Shown: one piece after another, positions 8,269 through 17,220 of the stretch
Layout: every line of letters begins with the position of its first letter
Position numbering within the stretch: position 1 is the stretch's first letter
Source: a virus
Lineage: Duplodnaviria > Caudoviricetes
IMG/VR virus record: IMGVR_UViG_2595698524_000001
Span: 96,001 to 160,000 of that record
DNA: 64,000 bases
Direction: 5' to 3' (one strand)
Position numbers and translations under genes: made by a program
Notes under the pieces: generated by a model
The model's input: the letters and a program-made list of their open reading frames with translations, nothing else
What the model was told of the DNA's origin: nothing
The model's database searches: none

Positions 8269-9714
8269 ATGAATATCATCATGGAGTGGTATAACCTCCT
8301 GACCGATTCTCTGAAAGCTTACCCTTCCCTACAGGCAGCGTTCTTAACAGTCATGTCAGGCGGCGTAATGGCTGCAGTAGGTTTCGCTTTAGTGCGATTA
8401 CCTCGCAGTGTCGCCACGTTCTTTCGCAATCAGTGCCTCACATCTCTCGTTTTCAATACAGCATCGTCCGGCTGGTCTGAATACAACCAGATGCAGTACG
8501 TCGCTTTTATTAAGTGGTTCTCAAAGAATCGCTGGTTCGGTTGGTCGCGCACTATCACTTTCGACTCAGACGGGCGAAAGGATGGTGACGGCGTAGGCCC
8601 CGGCTTAGGTCGCCATTTCTTTTTTCATAACTGGCGATTGTTTATCTTCTCCATCAGTGAGATGGACTCGCAAGGCACCAGCAGCCAAAAATATAAAGTC
8701 AGCCTGTCTTGTGTAGGTCGTTCAAAGAAACCGATTTATGCGGTGATGGAAGAGTTCATGGTTAAGCCTGACCGTGAGAATCGCATCGGGGTTTATCGTA
8801 ACGGCACCGACGGTTGGAACTGGGTCACCTATGCGAACAAACGCTCTTTACGTTCGGTGATTATGTCGCCCGAGCTCGAAGAAGAACTGGTAGGCTCAAT
8901 GACAAACTTCGTGAATAACGAAGCGTGGTATCGTGAGCGGGGTCTGAACTATAAGCTGACCTACCTACTCTACGGACCTCCGGGTACGGGTAAGAGCTCG
9001 CTGGGGCGTGCGTTAGCATCACACTTTAACCGTGACCTTTATATCCTGAGTCTGTCGGAGTCTTCAGACCTACTGACCCTATTGCAAAACGCAAAAGGCG
9101 GCATGGTTCTCATTGAAGATATCGACGGGTTCAGCGCAGCACGCAAACGTACCGGTAAGAAGAACCAAATCGAATCGCCGAAGTCGGGTAAGAAAACCGT
9201 TGAACAGATTCACTTCGACGGTAATGGCGAACAGATTGCGCCGGCTAACCCGAGCAAGAACCTCGAAGACATTATGGCAGAATGGGGCGGGATGAATACC
9301 TCAGCACTGCTCAATGCTTTAGATGGGGTTGTTGGGCTGGACGATGTCATTATTCTGCTGTCCACGAACCATCCGGAGAAACTCGACCCGGCGCTGATTC
9401 GTGATGGGCGTGTGGATATCCGTGTAGAGGTCGGTCTGCTGCGTTCTGCCGAAATCCACCGCTACATTAATCTGTTCTTCCCGGACTTTGTTGTGCCGGA
9501 AGAGATGGTGTTCGCAGACATGCCGGGTTGTACCGTGCAGCGTCACTTCATGGAAAACAAAAACAACCCTGAAGGGTTTGTGCAGGCGTTATTGGATGCC
9601 TCAGACGGCGGTAACTTTACCACCAGTCCGATTCGTCCAGAGCTTGCTTTCAGTGAAGCGAACAACCGTTATTTGGTTGACCCGGATGCGCCTAAGGAGG
9701 TTGTCAATGCTTAA
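8269..9714 (+). CDS. membrane-anchored BCS1-like AAA+ ATPase
   Basis: N-terminal hydrophobic helix, WYRERG..YKLTYLLYGPPGTGKSS (Walker A), VLIEDID (Walker B), SALLNALDGV, STNHPEKLDPALIRDGRVD. GAGG RBS before ATG 8269. Confidence 0.9.
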   Translation: MNIIMEWYNLLTDSLKAYPSLQAAFLTVMSGGVMAAVGFALVRLPRSVATFFRNQCLTSLVFNTASSGWSEYNQMQYVAFIKWFSKNRWFGWSRTITFDSDGRKDGDGVGPGLGRHFFFHNWRLFIFSISEMDSQGTSSQKYKVSLSCVGRSKKPIYAVMEEFMVKPDRENRIGVYRNGTDGWNWVTYANKRSLRSVIMSPELEEELVGSMTNFVNNEAWYRERGLNYKLTYLLYGPPGTGKSSLGRALASHFNRDLYILSLSESSDLLTLLQNAKGGMVLIEDIDGFSAARKRTGKKNQIESPKSGKKTVEQIHFDGNGEQIAPANPSKNLEDIMAEWGGMNTSALLNALDGVVGLDDVIILLSTNHPEKLDPALIRDGRVDIRVEVGLLRSAEIHRYINLFFPDFVVPEEMVFADMPGCTVQRHFMENKNNPEGFVQALLDASDGGNFTTSPIRPELAFSEANNRYLVDPDAPKEVVNA

Positions 9715-9931
9715 GTATTTAAGCTGGGCGCTGGTTGAACTGGCGATGTTTATTCTGGTGGGGTTGGGTATGGTGTTGTCTATCCTCCCCGCCCTGTGTT
9801 TCATGATAGGCTTTGCCGGTCAAGAACGTGCCGAGTTCGAACGTGTCAAGTTGCGCTCTGAACTGGGCATCCGTTGGCGTGAACGTAACCGTGCTGCAAA
9901 CCAAAGGGCGTGTGGAAAACGCCCTAATTAA
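9707..9931 (+). CDS. small membrane protein
   Basis: AAGGAGG RBS, ATG 9707, long hydrophobic stretch followed by a basic tail. Confidence 0.7.
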   Translation: MLKYLSWALVELAMFILVGLGMVLSILPALCFMIGFAGQERAEFERVKLRSELGIRWRERNRAANQRACGKRPN

Positions 9932-9979
9932 GCACTCTTTATGAGACCACACCCGTGGTGCCACTTAGAGGAAACTCCC

Positions 9980-10468
9980 ATGGAGAATATCGACTTGACT
10001 CAACTCGAGTCACATGACTACGACCTTGCGGTTCGAGATGAGGCTGGTGCTGATGCGAACACGCTGCTGTCTCGCTACCATGAGTTGTTCACTGGTGAGA
10101 AGGTCGACGACGAACTGTTGTCTAAATTCGAGAAGCTGCTCGTTGCGCTGCTGCGTAGCGACACTGAAAACTCGGCTATGCTCACCGAATTAGGCTTTGG
10201 CGGTATTTATGCCTCTGACCTTCAGGCTATCCTGCAACAGGCCATCGTCCCGCCCGACGACATTCAGGATGAAGCCATGGTTCTGCGTGGTAAGTTCGAA
10301 GAGCTTGCTGAGCGTTACGCTGAACATTTATCAGGGCTGGAAACGCATGGGCCTATCGGTGAACCGCTGCCGAGCCCGGAAGAAACTAACAAATACAAAA
10401 TGCGTCTCGCGGTGTTTGTTGTTGCTTCGTTGCTGACCGCCATCCCTGAAGACCCGGACGATGCGTAA
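9980..10468 (+). CDS. acidic helical hypothetical protein
   Basis: GAGG RBS before ATG 9980. Confidence 0.7.
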   Translation: MENIDLTQLESHDYDLAVRDEAGADANTLLSRYHELFTGEKVDDELLSKFEKLLVALLRSDTENSAMLTELGFGGIYASDLQAILQQAIVPPDDIQDEAMVLRGKFEELAERYAEHLSGLETHGPIGEPLPSPEETNKYKMRLAVFVVASLLTAIPEDPDDA

Positions 10469-10470
10469 AG

Positions 10471-10495
10471 TTTTTACAGATAGATATTATCTGTA
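10471..10495 (+). promoter_or_regulatory. putative phage early-type promoter / palindromic operator
   Basis: TTTTTACAGATAGATATTATCTGTA resembles 58691-58708 (TTTTCAGATATATATTAC) and contains the inverted repeat TACAGATA/TATCTGTA. Confidence 0.45.
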
Positions 10496-10535
10496 TGCAC
10501 TAAGCACATTAACCTTTTAAATGGAGTCGTTGAAA

Positions 10536-10871
10536 ATGCAAGAACTGATTAAGATTGTTGGCCTGCTCCCGTTCGTCAATGGTAAATCTGAACTGCGTGT
10601 TCTGGATGTCAAAGGTAAAGATTTCACCATCATGGCCGATGTAACTGCCGAAGGTAACCCGATGGGCATTCGTGAATTCACTATCGAATCCCCGACGCTC
10701 AAAGAGCTGCGTATCGGCAAAGGCGAAACCGCCTATCTGGTTAAGACCGATTCGAGCGAAGAAGGTGTTGGCCCGTACGCAGTTGAGTACACTGCGCCGG
10801 CTAAAAAGGTTGCATCTGAATCTGTTGGTACCGGTCGCGGCGCGACGCCGAACTTCAGCATTCAGCGTTAA
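10536..10871 (+). CDS. hypothetical protein
   Basis: GGAG RBS before ATG 10536, followed by a terminator. Confidence 0.7.
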   Translation: MQELIKIVGLLPFVNGKSELRVLDVKGKDFTIMADVTAEGNPMGIREFTIESPTLKELRIGKGETAYLVKTDSSEEGVGPYAVEYTAPAKKVASESVGTGRGATPNFSIQR

Positions 10872-10879
10872 GCAGTAAA

Positions 10880-10919
10880 TAGGTAGTCCTTCGGGACTAC
10901 CTAGCACCTATTATTTTTT
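10880..10919 (+). terminator. intrinsic terminator (UUCG loop)
   Basis: TAGGTAGTCC-TTCG-GGACTACCTA followed by a T-rich tail. Confidence 0.8.
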
Positions 10920-10934
10920 CGTGGAGTATTCAGA

Positions 10935-11438
10935 ATGACAACTGTTTTCGTTTGCAGTGACTTTATTGTCGCAGACCGTGTATTGACGCGAGGCGACGAA
11001 ACGATACACGCTGATTTTAAGAAGCTACATCTCAATCGTGAGAAAACGATTGCTATCGCGGCAGTGGGTAACGTGAACTTTCGTAATCACCACAAAACTG
11101 TGGTTGACCATTTCTTCAAGGTGGTGGAGCAACGCTACACGGGGATTCCATCGCCCATGTTGTCTAAGAACGATGTGGCGGTGTTGGGCGACCTCCAGTT
11201 ATACGTTCTCACTGCACTGGATGTGTTTGTGATTACCCGTGACCAGAACGTCCAATGGGTTGGGGACGGCATGGTGGAAGGAGCAGGTACTGGATACCCG
11301 CTGGCTTGTGCAGCGTACTCACTCGGTGCTAAACCTGAGCATATCGTGCCACTGACTGCGAAGATTGACCCAATGTCGTCCAGTAAGTTCAACATCATCT
11401 ATCGCCGCGAACTCAAACGCATTACCCCGAGGAAATAA
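10935..11438 (+). CDS. HslV/proteasome-beta-like Ntn protease subunit
   Basis: N-terminal MTT (Thr nucleophile), IVADR, IAAVGN, GAGTG..A.AA and A.IDPMS motifs. Confidence 0.7.
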   Translation: MTTVFVCSDFIVADRVLTRGDETIHADFKKLHLNREKTIAIAAVGNVNFRNHHKTVVDHFFKVVEQRYTGIPSPMLSKNDVAVLGDLQLYVLTALDVFVITRDQNVQWVGDGMVEGAGTGYPLACAAYSLGAKPEHIVPLTAKIDPMSSSKFNIIYRRELKRITPRK

Positions 11439-11440
11439 CC

Positions 11441-11989
11441 ATGGATATTGCAGCCATTGTCACGAAGAAAGAACTCTTTATCCGCAGTGTCCATTGGGCC
11501 GCAGGTTTACCACAGCCGTTAAACATGGATGTCTGCTATACGCCATTCGGCTTTATTTTCCCCAGCAATAATTTCCAACCTGTTATCGATGCATTAAATA
11601 CAAAACAGGTTGATGCTATGGCGTCCGGTTTGTTACGTTGGGCTATCTTAACCCATGACAATGAACTCCGTTTCGGACGGATTAATTCGGAGTTCTGGAC
11701 ACTTAATACTGTATCCAAAGACCAGCGGTTTTATTGTTTTGCAGATGAGGCAGAATCGCATTATTTGGCGGTAATGATTCACCTGATGTCCAGTAACGTT
11801 ATCGAAGAAGAGATGCAGTTGAAAGACACTGCCCCTCAGCTGTTACGTCGACTGCGTAAACACTGGCCGTTAGTTGGCGACTATCTGAAGTTCAACCGTA
11901 ACGAAATCGTAGCAGAGTTAAACAAACGCTATCCTCATCCTGAAGAGATTCTTTTCCATTCTAAATTCACACGAGTAATCAAAGACTAA
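11441..11989 (+). CDS. hypothetical protein
   Basis: GAGG RBS, tightly coupled to the HslV-like gene. Confidence 0.7.
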   Translation: MDIAAIVTKKELFIRSVHWAAGLPQPLNMDVCYTPFGFIFPSNNFQPVIDALNTKQVDAMASGLLRWAILTHDNELRFGRINSEFWTLNTVSKDQRFYCFADEAESHYLAVMIHLMSSNVIEEEMQLKDTAPQLLRRLRKHWPLVGDYLKFNRNEIVAELNKRYPHPEEILFHSKFTRVIKD

Positions 11990-11990
11990 T

Positions 11991-12737
11991 ATGGCTAAAT
12001 CTAAATCCCCACGTAAAAAGAAACCCGCTAACTCCAAACACGCTGCGCGTCACATCGTGCTGGCTATCAAAGCGGCGTATAACAAGCTGTTCTTCATGGG
12101 TTCATCTAACTGCCCTATTCAGGCGTTCAAGACCAATACCCTGCGCATGCACCTGAAACCGAACGACGTGCGTTTGGCTATCCCAACGCTGTTGGATGAG
12201 CTACGCTTCTTCCCACGTGACTGGCATCTGTGGGTCGGGGTGTTCTGCGAGAAAGACGGCGAGCAGTGGGTTGAAACCTCCGTTTGTAAAATGCCACAGT
12301 TCGTTATCAAAGACTTCTCTGACAACGCTGAACATATCGTTCGCGGGGTAATGGCAGAAGAGGCGGTAGAACACATGGTCGGTTATGCGTATTTGGTCGC
12401 GCCTAACGATTACTACAACCTTGAAGTCATGTCCGATGCGTTGTGTGATGAATGGGTTGAAGCGAAAATCTTCGACAAGTCAACACACCTGGACAAAGAC
12501 CTGCTCAAAATGAACGAGCACGATATCGCCGCCGCCTTCATGGGCTTACCGAACTTTGTCATGAAATCCCGTGACAAAATCGTGCAGAAAACTATCGAGC
12601 GTCTGGAGGCGAAAGGGGTGAAGGTGACTGAAGAGTTTGTCCAATCTCACTTCGACCAGGAAGAGATAGTCACCGCGTTAGTACCCGGAACCACGCAACG
12701 TAACCCGTTCAGTCTGGACAAAGGAAATCCGCTATGA
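11991..12737 (+). CDS. hypothetical protein with a basic N-terminus
   Basis: MAKSKSPRKKKP start, 248 aa. Confidence 0.75.
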   Translation: MAKSKSPRKKKPANSKHAARHIVLAIKAAYNKLFFMGSSNCPIQAFKTNTLRMHLKPNDVRLAIPTLLDELRFFPRDWHLWVGVFCEKDGEQWVETSVCKMPQFVIKDFSDNAEHIVRGVMAEEAVEHMVGYAYLVAPNDYYNLEVMSDALCDEWVEAKIFDKSTHLDKDLLKMNEHDIAAAFMGLPNFVMKSRDKIVQKTIERLEAKGVKVTEEFVQSHFDQEEIVTALVPGTTQRNPFSLDKGNPL

Positions 12738-12967
12738 TTGGTGCGCAATATAATGACCCTTCTCATCCTGATTATGTCCCCGCGCTACAACGGGTGATGT
12801 CTTTGGCGAAAGAGAAAAAACATGATGTGACTATTGTCTACTCAGGTTCGCAAGATGCATGGAGCGTTGATATCGGTAACGACTATTATAGTCGAGTTTT
12901 GCCTACTGCAAACAACACGCTCTCTGAAGTGATGGCTACCACGATTAACCATCTCGAAAAGCTTTAA
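12734..12967 (+). CDS. hypothetical protein
   Basis: ATGA overlap and AAGGA RBS. Confidence 0.65.
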   Translation: MIGAQYNDPSHPDYVPALQRVMSLAKEKKHDVTIVYSGSQDAWSVDIGNDYYSRVLPTANNTLSEVMATTINHLEKL

Positions 12968-13032
12968 AAAATACATTTATACCCCTTACTTTGTGTAAGG
13001 GGATATAGTTATTTTCTTCGTGGAGAAGTCAA

Positions 13033-13353
13033 ATGAAAAAGAAACTGTTGCTACTTTTGCCGCTCATCGCGCTGGCAGGGTGCGATACAGCTCCAACCAA
13101 CGCTTATCAAGACCAGGCGTTACGGCGTCAGATTTTCAAAGAGTGTCTGGAGTCAATTCCGAAAGGTCCGGAAAAGATTGATAACTCTAACGACTGGCAG
13201 GAAGTAGTGGAAGAGTGCGGTGACCAAGCCGACAAAATGTCTTCTTTCAATGTTGAGATTCCGGGCAACACTGGCGGCCAGACGTACTACTTTAACGACA
13301 ACATTAAGAGTGGCGAAGAAAAGCCACGTGAAAGCTGGAAACCGCAACTATGA
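13033..13353 (+). CDS. lipoprotein
   Basis: MKKKLLLLLPLIALAG/C lipobox plus two further Cys. Confidence 0.85.
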   Translation: MKKKLLLLLPLIALAGCDTAPTNAYQDQALRRQIFKECLESIPKGPEKIDNSNDWQEVVEECGDQADKMSSFNVEIPGNTGGQTYYFNDNIKSGEEKPRESWKPQL

Positions 13354-13607
13354 AAACAACCTTACTCGCAATTACAGTCGCAGTATTGTCACTGACCGCT
13401 TGTGACCAGAATAAAAAGCAAGCAGTGTACCAGACAGATGAGGTCAAGGAAGAACGTTTGTATCTGGCGTGTCTGGACGCAGTAAAGGTGAAAGTAAAAG
13501 CTGGTGAAGACAATCTTGAAGATGGTATCACTGCATGCCGTACTAACGCTAACGCACTTTCCTCCAAACTGGTTTATGTTCATGCTGATGGTAAAAATGC
13601 TCGTTAA
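13350..13607 (+). CDS. lipoprotein, paralog of 13033-13353
   Basis: MKTTLLAITVAVLSLTA/C lipobox. The CL...C...A..(L/M)SS pattern is shared with the upstream gene. Confidence 0.85.
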   Translation: MKTTLLAITVAVLSLTACDQNKKQAVYQTDEVKEERLYLACLDAVKVKVKAGEDNLEDGITACRTNANALSSKLVYVHADGKNAR

Positions 13608-13695
13608 GACTGGCGCGTACGCTGTCGGTACTGTCGGAGTTGTCGTGGGGTCTGCGTTCTGCGTATACCTGCTTTCTTATTACGTTATTGTGTAA
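13597..13695 (+). CDS. very small membrane peptide
   Basis: MLVKTGAYAVGTVGVVVGSAFCVYLLSYYVIV; a single TM segment overlapping the lipoprotein stop. Confidence 0.45.
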   Translation: MLVKTGAYAVGTVGVVVGSAFCVYLLSYYVIV

Positions 13696-13741
13696 ACTGT
13701 CACCTGCCTACTATGTGTGGGCGGGTACTAGAGGATAAAAA

Positions 13742-15805
13742 ATGAAAGGTCCGAACGGAATTATGTCTCCCGTTGAGATGGTAAGCGTTTTTGATAAGTC
13801 AGTGCGTGGGCAGGAGGAGGCGAAACGTCAATTGTCTATTGCGCTCTTTAACCGTCATCGACGTGCAAAGCTGTCTGCAGAAGACCGCAAGTACGTCAAG
13901 AAACAGAACATCCTCATCGAAGGGCCAACTGGTTCTGGTAAGACGGCGTTAATGCGTGTACTGCGCGAAGACTTCGGTCTGCCGGTGTTGGAAGTTGACA
14001 TTACGGAATATAGCGAAGCAGGTTATCACGGTAAGTCAGTTGACGACATGATTAAAGAGTTGCAGGGTATCGATTTCCGTGTGCCGAAGTGGTTTAACGA
14101 GAAGCCGCCGGTTAAGAAAGCTGAACCTGTTAAGCTTGAAAGCAACAATGACAGCTTCGACCCAACGTTCGTTCGCGATAAAAAGACGGCGCGTGAAATC
14201 TTCATTGCGATGCGTATTATGCTCATCGGCATGGTGGGTGCACGGGTTTATCCGATGCATGTTTTCAGTGACCCTAACGCAGGCTCTATGCTACATCGTA
14301 CCGTGGAAGAAAACGCCGAAGAAAATCCAGATGAACTGATTCGTTTCTTCCGTCGCGGTGTTGATTTGGTCATGTCCAAAGATATCCCGTTGACCGGTAA
14401 GTTCATGGAGCTGGCTAACCACACCGCCGAGTCACTGATGACCATGGACGAAATCGGCAACCCTGAAGCGGAAATCACCGACGAGTTCTTTGCCAAGTTC
14501 CTACTGCCGCAGCAAACACTGGTTGGGATGGTCAGTTCATTAGTGAACCTTGACGTAGCAGACTACAACGCGATTTGGGATATCAAAGTCCCTTATCAGG
14601 AAATCAACGAGTGGCCGAGCAGTGATTTAGCTGGCGACAAGTCAGGTTTCTATCGTGAGCGTTTGAAAGCAGCCATGGTTGCGTATTTCTTCCGTGCGCT
14701 CATCGCGGGTCTGATTAAGACCGGTGTCAGCAAAGTAGAAGACCACGCTAGCAAGACAATGGCCATGCAGCGTTATAACGGCAAAGACATGGCGAAAGAA
14801 GTCGCGTCGATGTTCGGGTTGGGCTTTGATGCTGCAGCGCAGTCTCAGGAGAAACTGAAAGAGCAGGTTCGCGCAGGTATGCCTTGTATGGCGCAGGAAC
14901 GTGTTATTCAACTGGGCCGTAGTTTCCGGGCGTGGACTAACCAATTGTCCAAACTCAAGATGGTTGGTGAGTCGAAGGTTATCTTCCCGGCGAAGATGAC
15001 TGCCGCGTGGGAAGAGTTGAAAGAAATGTCTTTCGATGATTTCTGGAAGCTGGCCACTGCAGAGATTGCCCAACGCAGCGCTAAACAGATTCGTGAAGAC
15101 GTTCAACACGCGTCATTAATCTTTGCACCGAATGCGGACACGCCTGATTTTGGTGGGATGACATTCCGTCCAATGGGTCGTCCAATGGGTGGTTTGGGCA
15201 TTCCGGGACTGGGCCACATCTTTGGCATGGGTGGTGGGGCATCAGTGTCAGGCGATAGCAAAGAGTTCCTTGAGAACTTTGCTGTGGTCTTCATTGATGA
15301 AATCGATAAACTGATTCAGGAACCGGGCCGTTCGGGAGATGTTTCTCGAATGGGTGTGCAACGTGGGCTGTTAAAACTGGTAGAAGGGGGTGTGTACGCA
15401 GGTATTGATACATCCAACATTCTGTTTGTTGGTGCAGGCGCGTTTTCCGGGACTTCCCCCGCCAAGCTGTTGCCTGAACTCGTTGGTCGCTTCCCAATTC
15501 GCGCACGTCTTAAAGCATTGACGAACGAAGACTATGTGGCCATCTGTAAACTGGAGCGTTCTCCGTTCAACATGTATTGTAAGATGCTGGGAACGGATGA
15601 GGTGAAGGTCAAATACGACGAAGATACATTCGAATACATTGCTCAGTTAACCGAGCTTGAGAACCAAGAGTTCAATCTTGGCGCTCGTCGTATTGAAGGT
15701 ATTATCGAACGTGTTTTTGCGCCGGCTATGTTCGAGCCGGAGAAATATTTAGAACACGGATTTGATATTCGTGGTGAAACACTCCGTAAAACCTTAAGAG
15801 GCTAA
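13742..15805 (+). CDS. hslU: HslU/ClpY-like AAA+ unfoldase with an enlarged I-domain
   Basis: VRGQEEAKR, NILIEGPTGSGKT, EAGYHG pore loop, VFIDEIDK, DVSRMGVQRGLLKLVEG, ILFVGAGAF, PELVGRFPIR, NLGARR. Confidence 0.9.
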   Translation: MKGPNGIMSPVEMVSVFDKSVRGQEEAKRQLSIALFNRHRRAKLSAEDRKYVKKQNILIEGPTGSGKTALMRVLREDFGLPVLEVDITEYSEAGYHGKSVDDMIKELQGIDFRVPKWFNEKPPVKKAEPVKLESNNDSFDPTFVRDKKTAREIFIAMRIMLIGMVGARVYPMHVFSDPNAGSMLHRTVEENAEENPDELIRFFRRGVDLVMSKDIPLTGKFMELANHTAESLMTMDEIGNPEAEITDEFFAKFLLPQQTLVGMVSSLVNLDVADYNAIWDIKVPYQEINEWPSSDLAGDKSGFYRERLKAAMVAYFFRALIAGLIKTGVSKVEDHASKTMAMQRYNGKDMAKEVASMFGLGFDAAAQSQEKLKEQVRAGMPCMAQERVIQLGRSFRAWTNQLSKLKMVGESKVIFPAKMTAAWEELKEMSFDDFWKLATAEIAQRSAKQIREDVQHASLIFAPNADTPDFGGMTFRPMGRPMGGLGIPGLGHIFGMGGGASVSGDSKEFLENFAVVFIDEIDKLIQEPGRSGDVSRMGVQRGLLKLVEGGVYAGIDTSNILFVGAGAFSGTSPAKLLPELVGRFPIRARLKALTNEDYVAICKLERSPFNMYCKMLGTDEVKVKYDEDTFEYIAQLTELENQEFNLGARRIEGIIERVFAPAMFEPEKYLEHGFDIRGETLRKTLRG

Positions 15806-15810
15806 GCATC

Positions 15811-16851
15811 ATGCAATTTGCAACTGTCGAAGAACTGCAATCTTTCTTGGCGAGTTCTTCTATAAACGAGCGCATGAACTGGGCCAGAGAAATGCTCATT
15901 AATAACGATGGTTGGCTGACCTTTACGGTTCCCAACCTTATCGATATTGGTGACGACCTTGTAGCGGCGAATTGCCGCTCTTGGGGCGGGAAACAAAAGC
16001 GTGCCGCACGCCTGACTTTCACCCGCCACGATAGCTTTCTCTGGAGTGACATTGTTTATAACCGGGCATTGCGCCAGACGTCGGATTCGTATTTTTCCTC
16101 GATGTACCGCAACGCAGCAGAAACTTTTCGTCACGCCACTGACGCGTCTATTATCGAAATCGTATACATAATTGCGAGAAAGTTAATGGACACCAAAGAA
16201 GAGTACAACATGGTTTACGAGTTTCGTGACTGTGCTGATAAACTCTTCGCCCATTTTGAGTTGCCGCGCAAACCTGACCAGCGCCGTAGCATTCAGGCAA
16301 TTCTTTTACTGGCACGTATGTTTCCCGGCCGTGAGATTAAGGTTGGGGATTTTGAATGGCAGAAACAATTCTCTGAGTTACTCCCGGAGGACAGTGCGCC
16401 GGCGAAGTTGTTGCGTACGCAAATGGAAGACGGTGTCGCGTGGCAGCAGACCGGCAGTTCCCATAGCGAGACTGGCTTAAGTTTCAGCTACACTACGTTG
16501 GGTCTTTCTGCAGGTAACCGCTCTGAAATACGCGTCGTATTTGAAAACTGCAACCGTAGTCATCCTGATACCTTTTCGAATTTGCTCGACGCGGGTACCA
16601 ATATCCAACGTGAGCTATTAGGGGGTATCACGGACATCCTGAAACGTGAGTGCGTCTATTACGGTGTGGACGTGCAGAACGTGCAGCGGGACATCCGTCT
16701 GTACCTCCGTGAGAAGGGGTACAAACTCGATGTGGGGGGAACAACGACGATGTCAATGCCGTTAGCAGGGTCAGTGTTCCCACAGGCCGTACAGGTGTTC
16801 AAGGTAGACCTTACCCATGAAAGCCTACACGATAAGCCTGTCGAAGCATAG
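15811..16851 (+). CDS. hypothetical protein
   Basis: 346-aa ORF in operon context. Confidence 0.75.
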   Translation: MQFATVEELQSFLASSSINERMNWAREMLINNDGWLTFTVPNLIDIGDDLVAANCRSWGGKQKRAARLTFTRHDSFLWSDIVYNRALRQTSDSYFSSMYRNAAETFRHATDASIIEIVYIIARKLMDTKEEYNMVYEFRDCADKLFAHFELPRKPDQRRSIQAILLLARMFPGREIKVGDFEWQKQFSELLPEDSAPAKLLRTQMEDGVAWQQTGSSHSETGLSFSYTTLGLSAGNRSEIRVVFENCNRSHPDTFSNLLDAGTNIQRELLGGITDILKRECVYYGVDVQNVQRDIRLYLREKGYKLDVGGTTTMSMPLAGSVFPQAVQVFKVDLTHESLHDKPVEA

Positions 16852-17203
16852 AGTCGCGAAGGGGAAAGGAATCCCCTTAGTTGACATCACCGTAAAGTCT
16901 GGCATAAAGGAATTTGCACCCGATTGGGATTTCTTGATGGAGTACAAGAAGTCAAATCAGGATGCAGAAGCCCAAGCGATTTATACTGAGAAATATTACG
17001 CCAAACTTAATAGAGTATGGCGGGAGAAACCCCAGTTATTTTTATCTCTGTTTGAACAATACCCGGACGAAGTAGCATATGCCTGTTACTGTCCAGAACA
17101 TGCCTGTTTTTGCCACCGCTTCCTTTTCGTTAAAGGGCTAGCGAAAATGGCAAGTAAACTAAACCTCCCGTTCGAAGACGGAGGTGAACTCACAGCAAAT
17201 TAA
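16817..17203 (+). CDS. DUF488-like protein
   Basis: FAPDWDFL..YK...Y..KY and CYCPEHACFCHR motifs. Confidence 0.65.
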   Translation: MKAYTISLSKHRVAKGKGIPLVDITVKSGIKEFAPDWDFLMEYKKSNQDAEAQAIYTEKYYAKLNRVWREKPQLFLSLFEQYPDEVAYACYCPEHACFCHRFLFVKGLAKMASKLNLPFEDGGELTAN

Positions 17204-17220
17204 ACCGTGGAGCATTAGCG

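Noticed and set aside
13033-13695. Lipoproteins as o-spanin / lysis cassette
   Set aside because: There is no adjacent i-spanin with a TM plus coiled coil and no endolysin or holin nearby. They are not Pro-rich and carry Asp at +2.
15170-15190. Short direct repeat CCAATGGGT twice in hslU
   Set aside because: It is a small in-frame duplication (RPMGRPMG) in a low-complexity loop, with no sign of being a target-site duplication.
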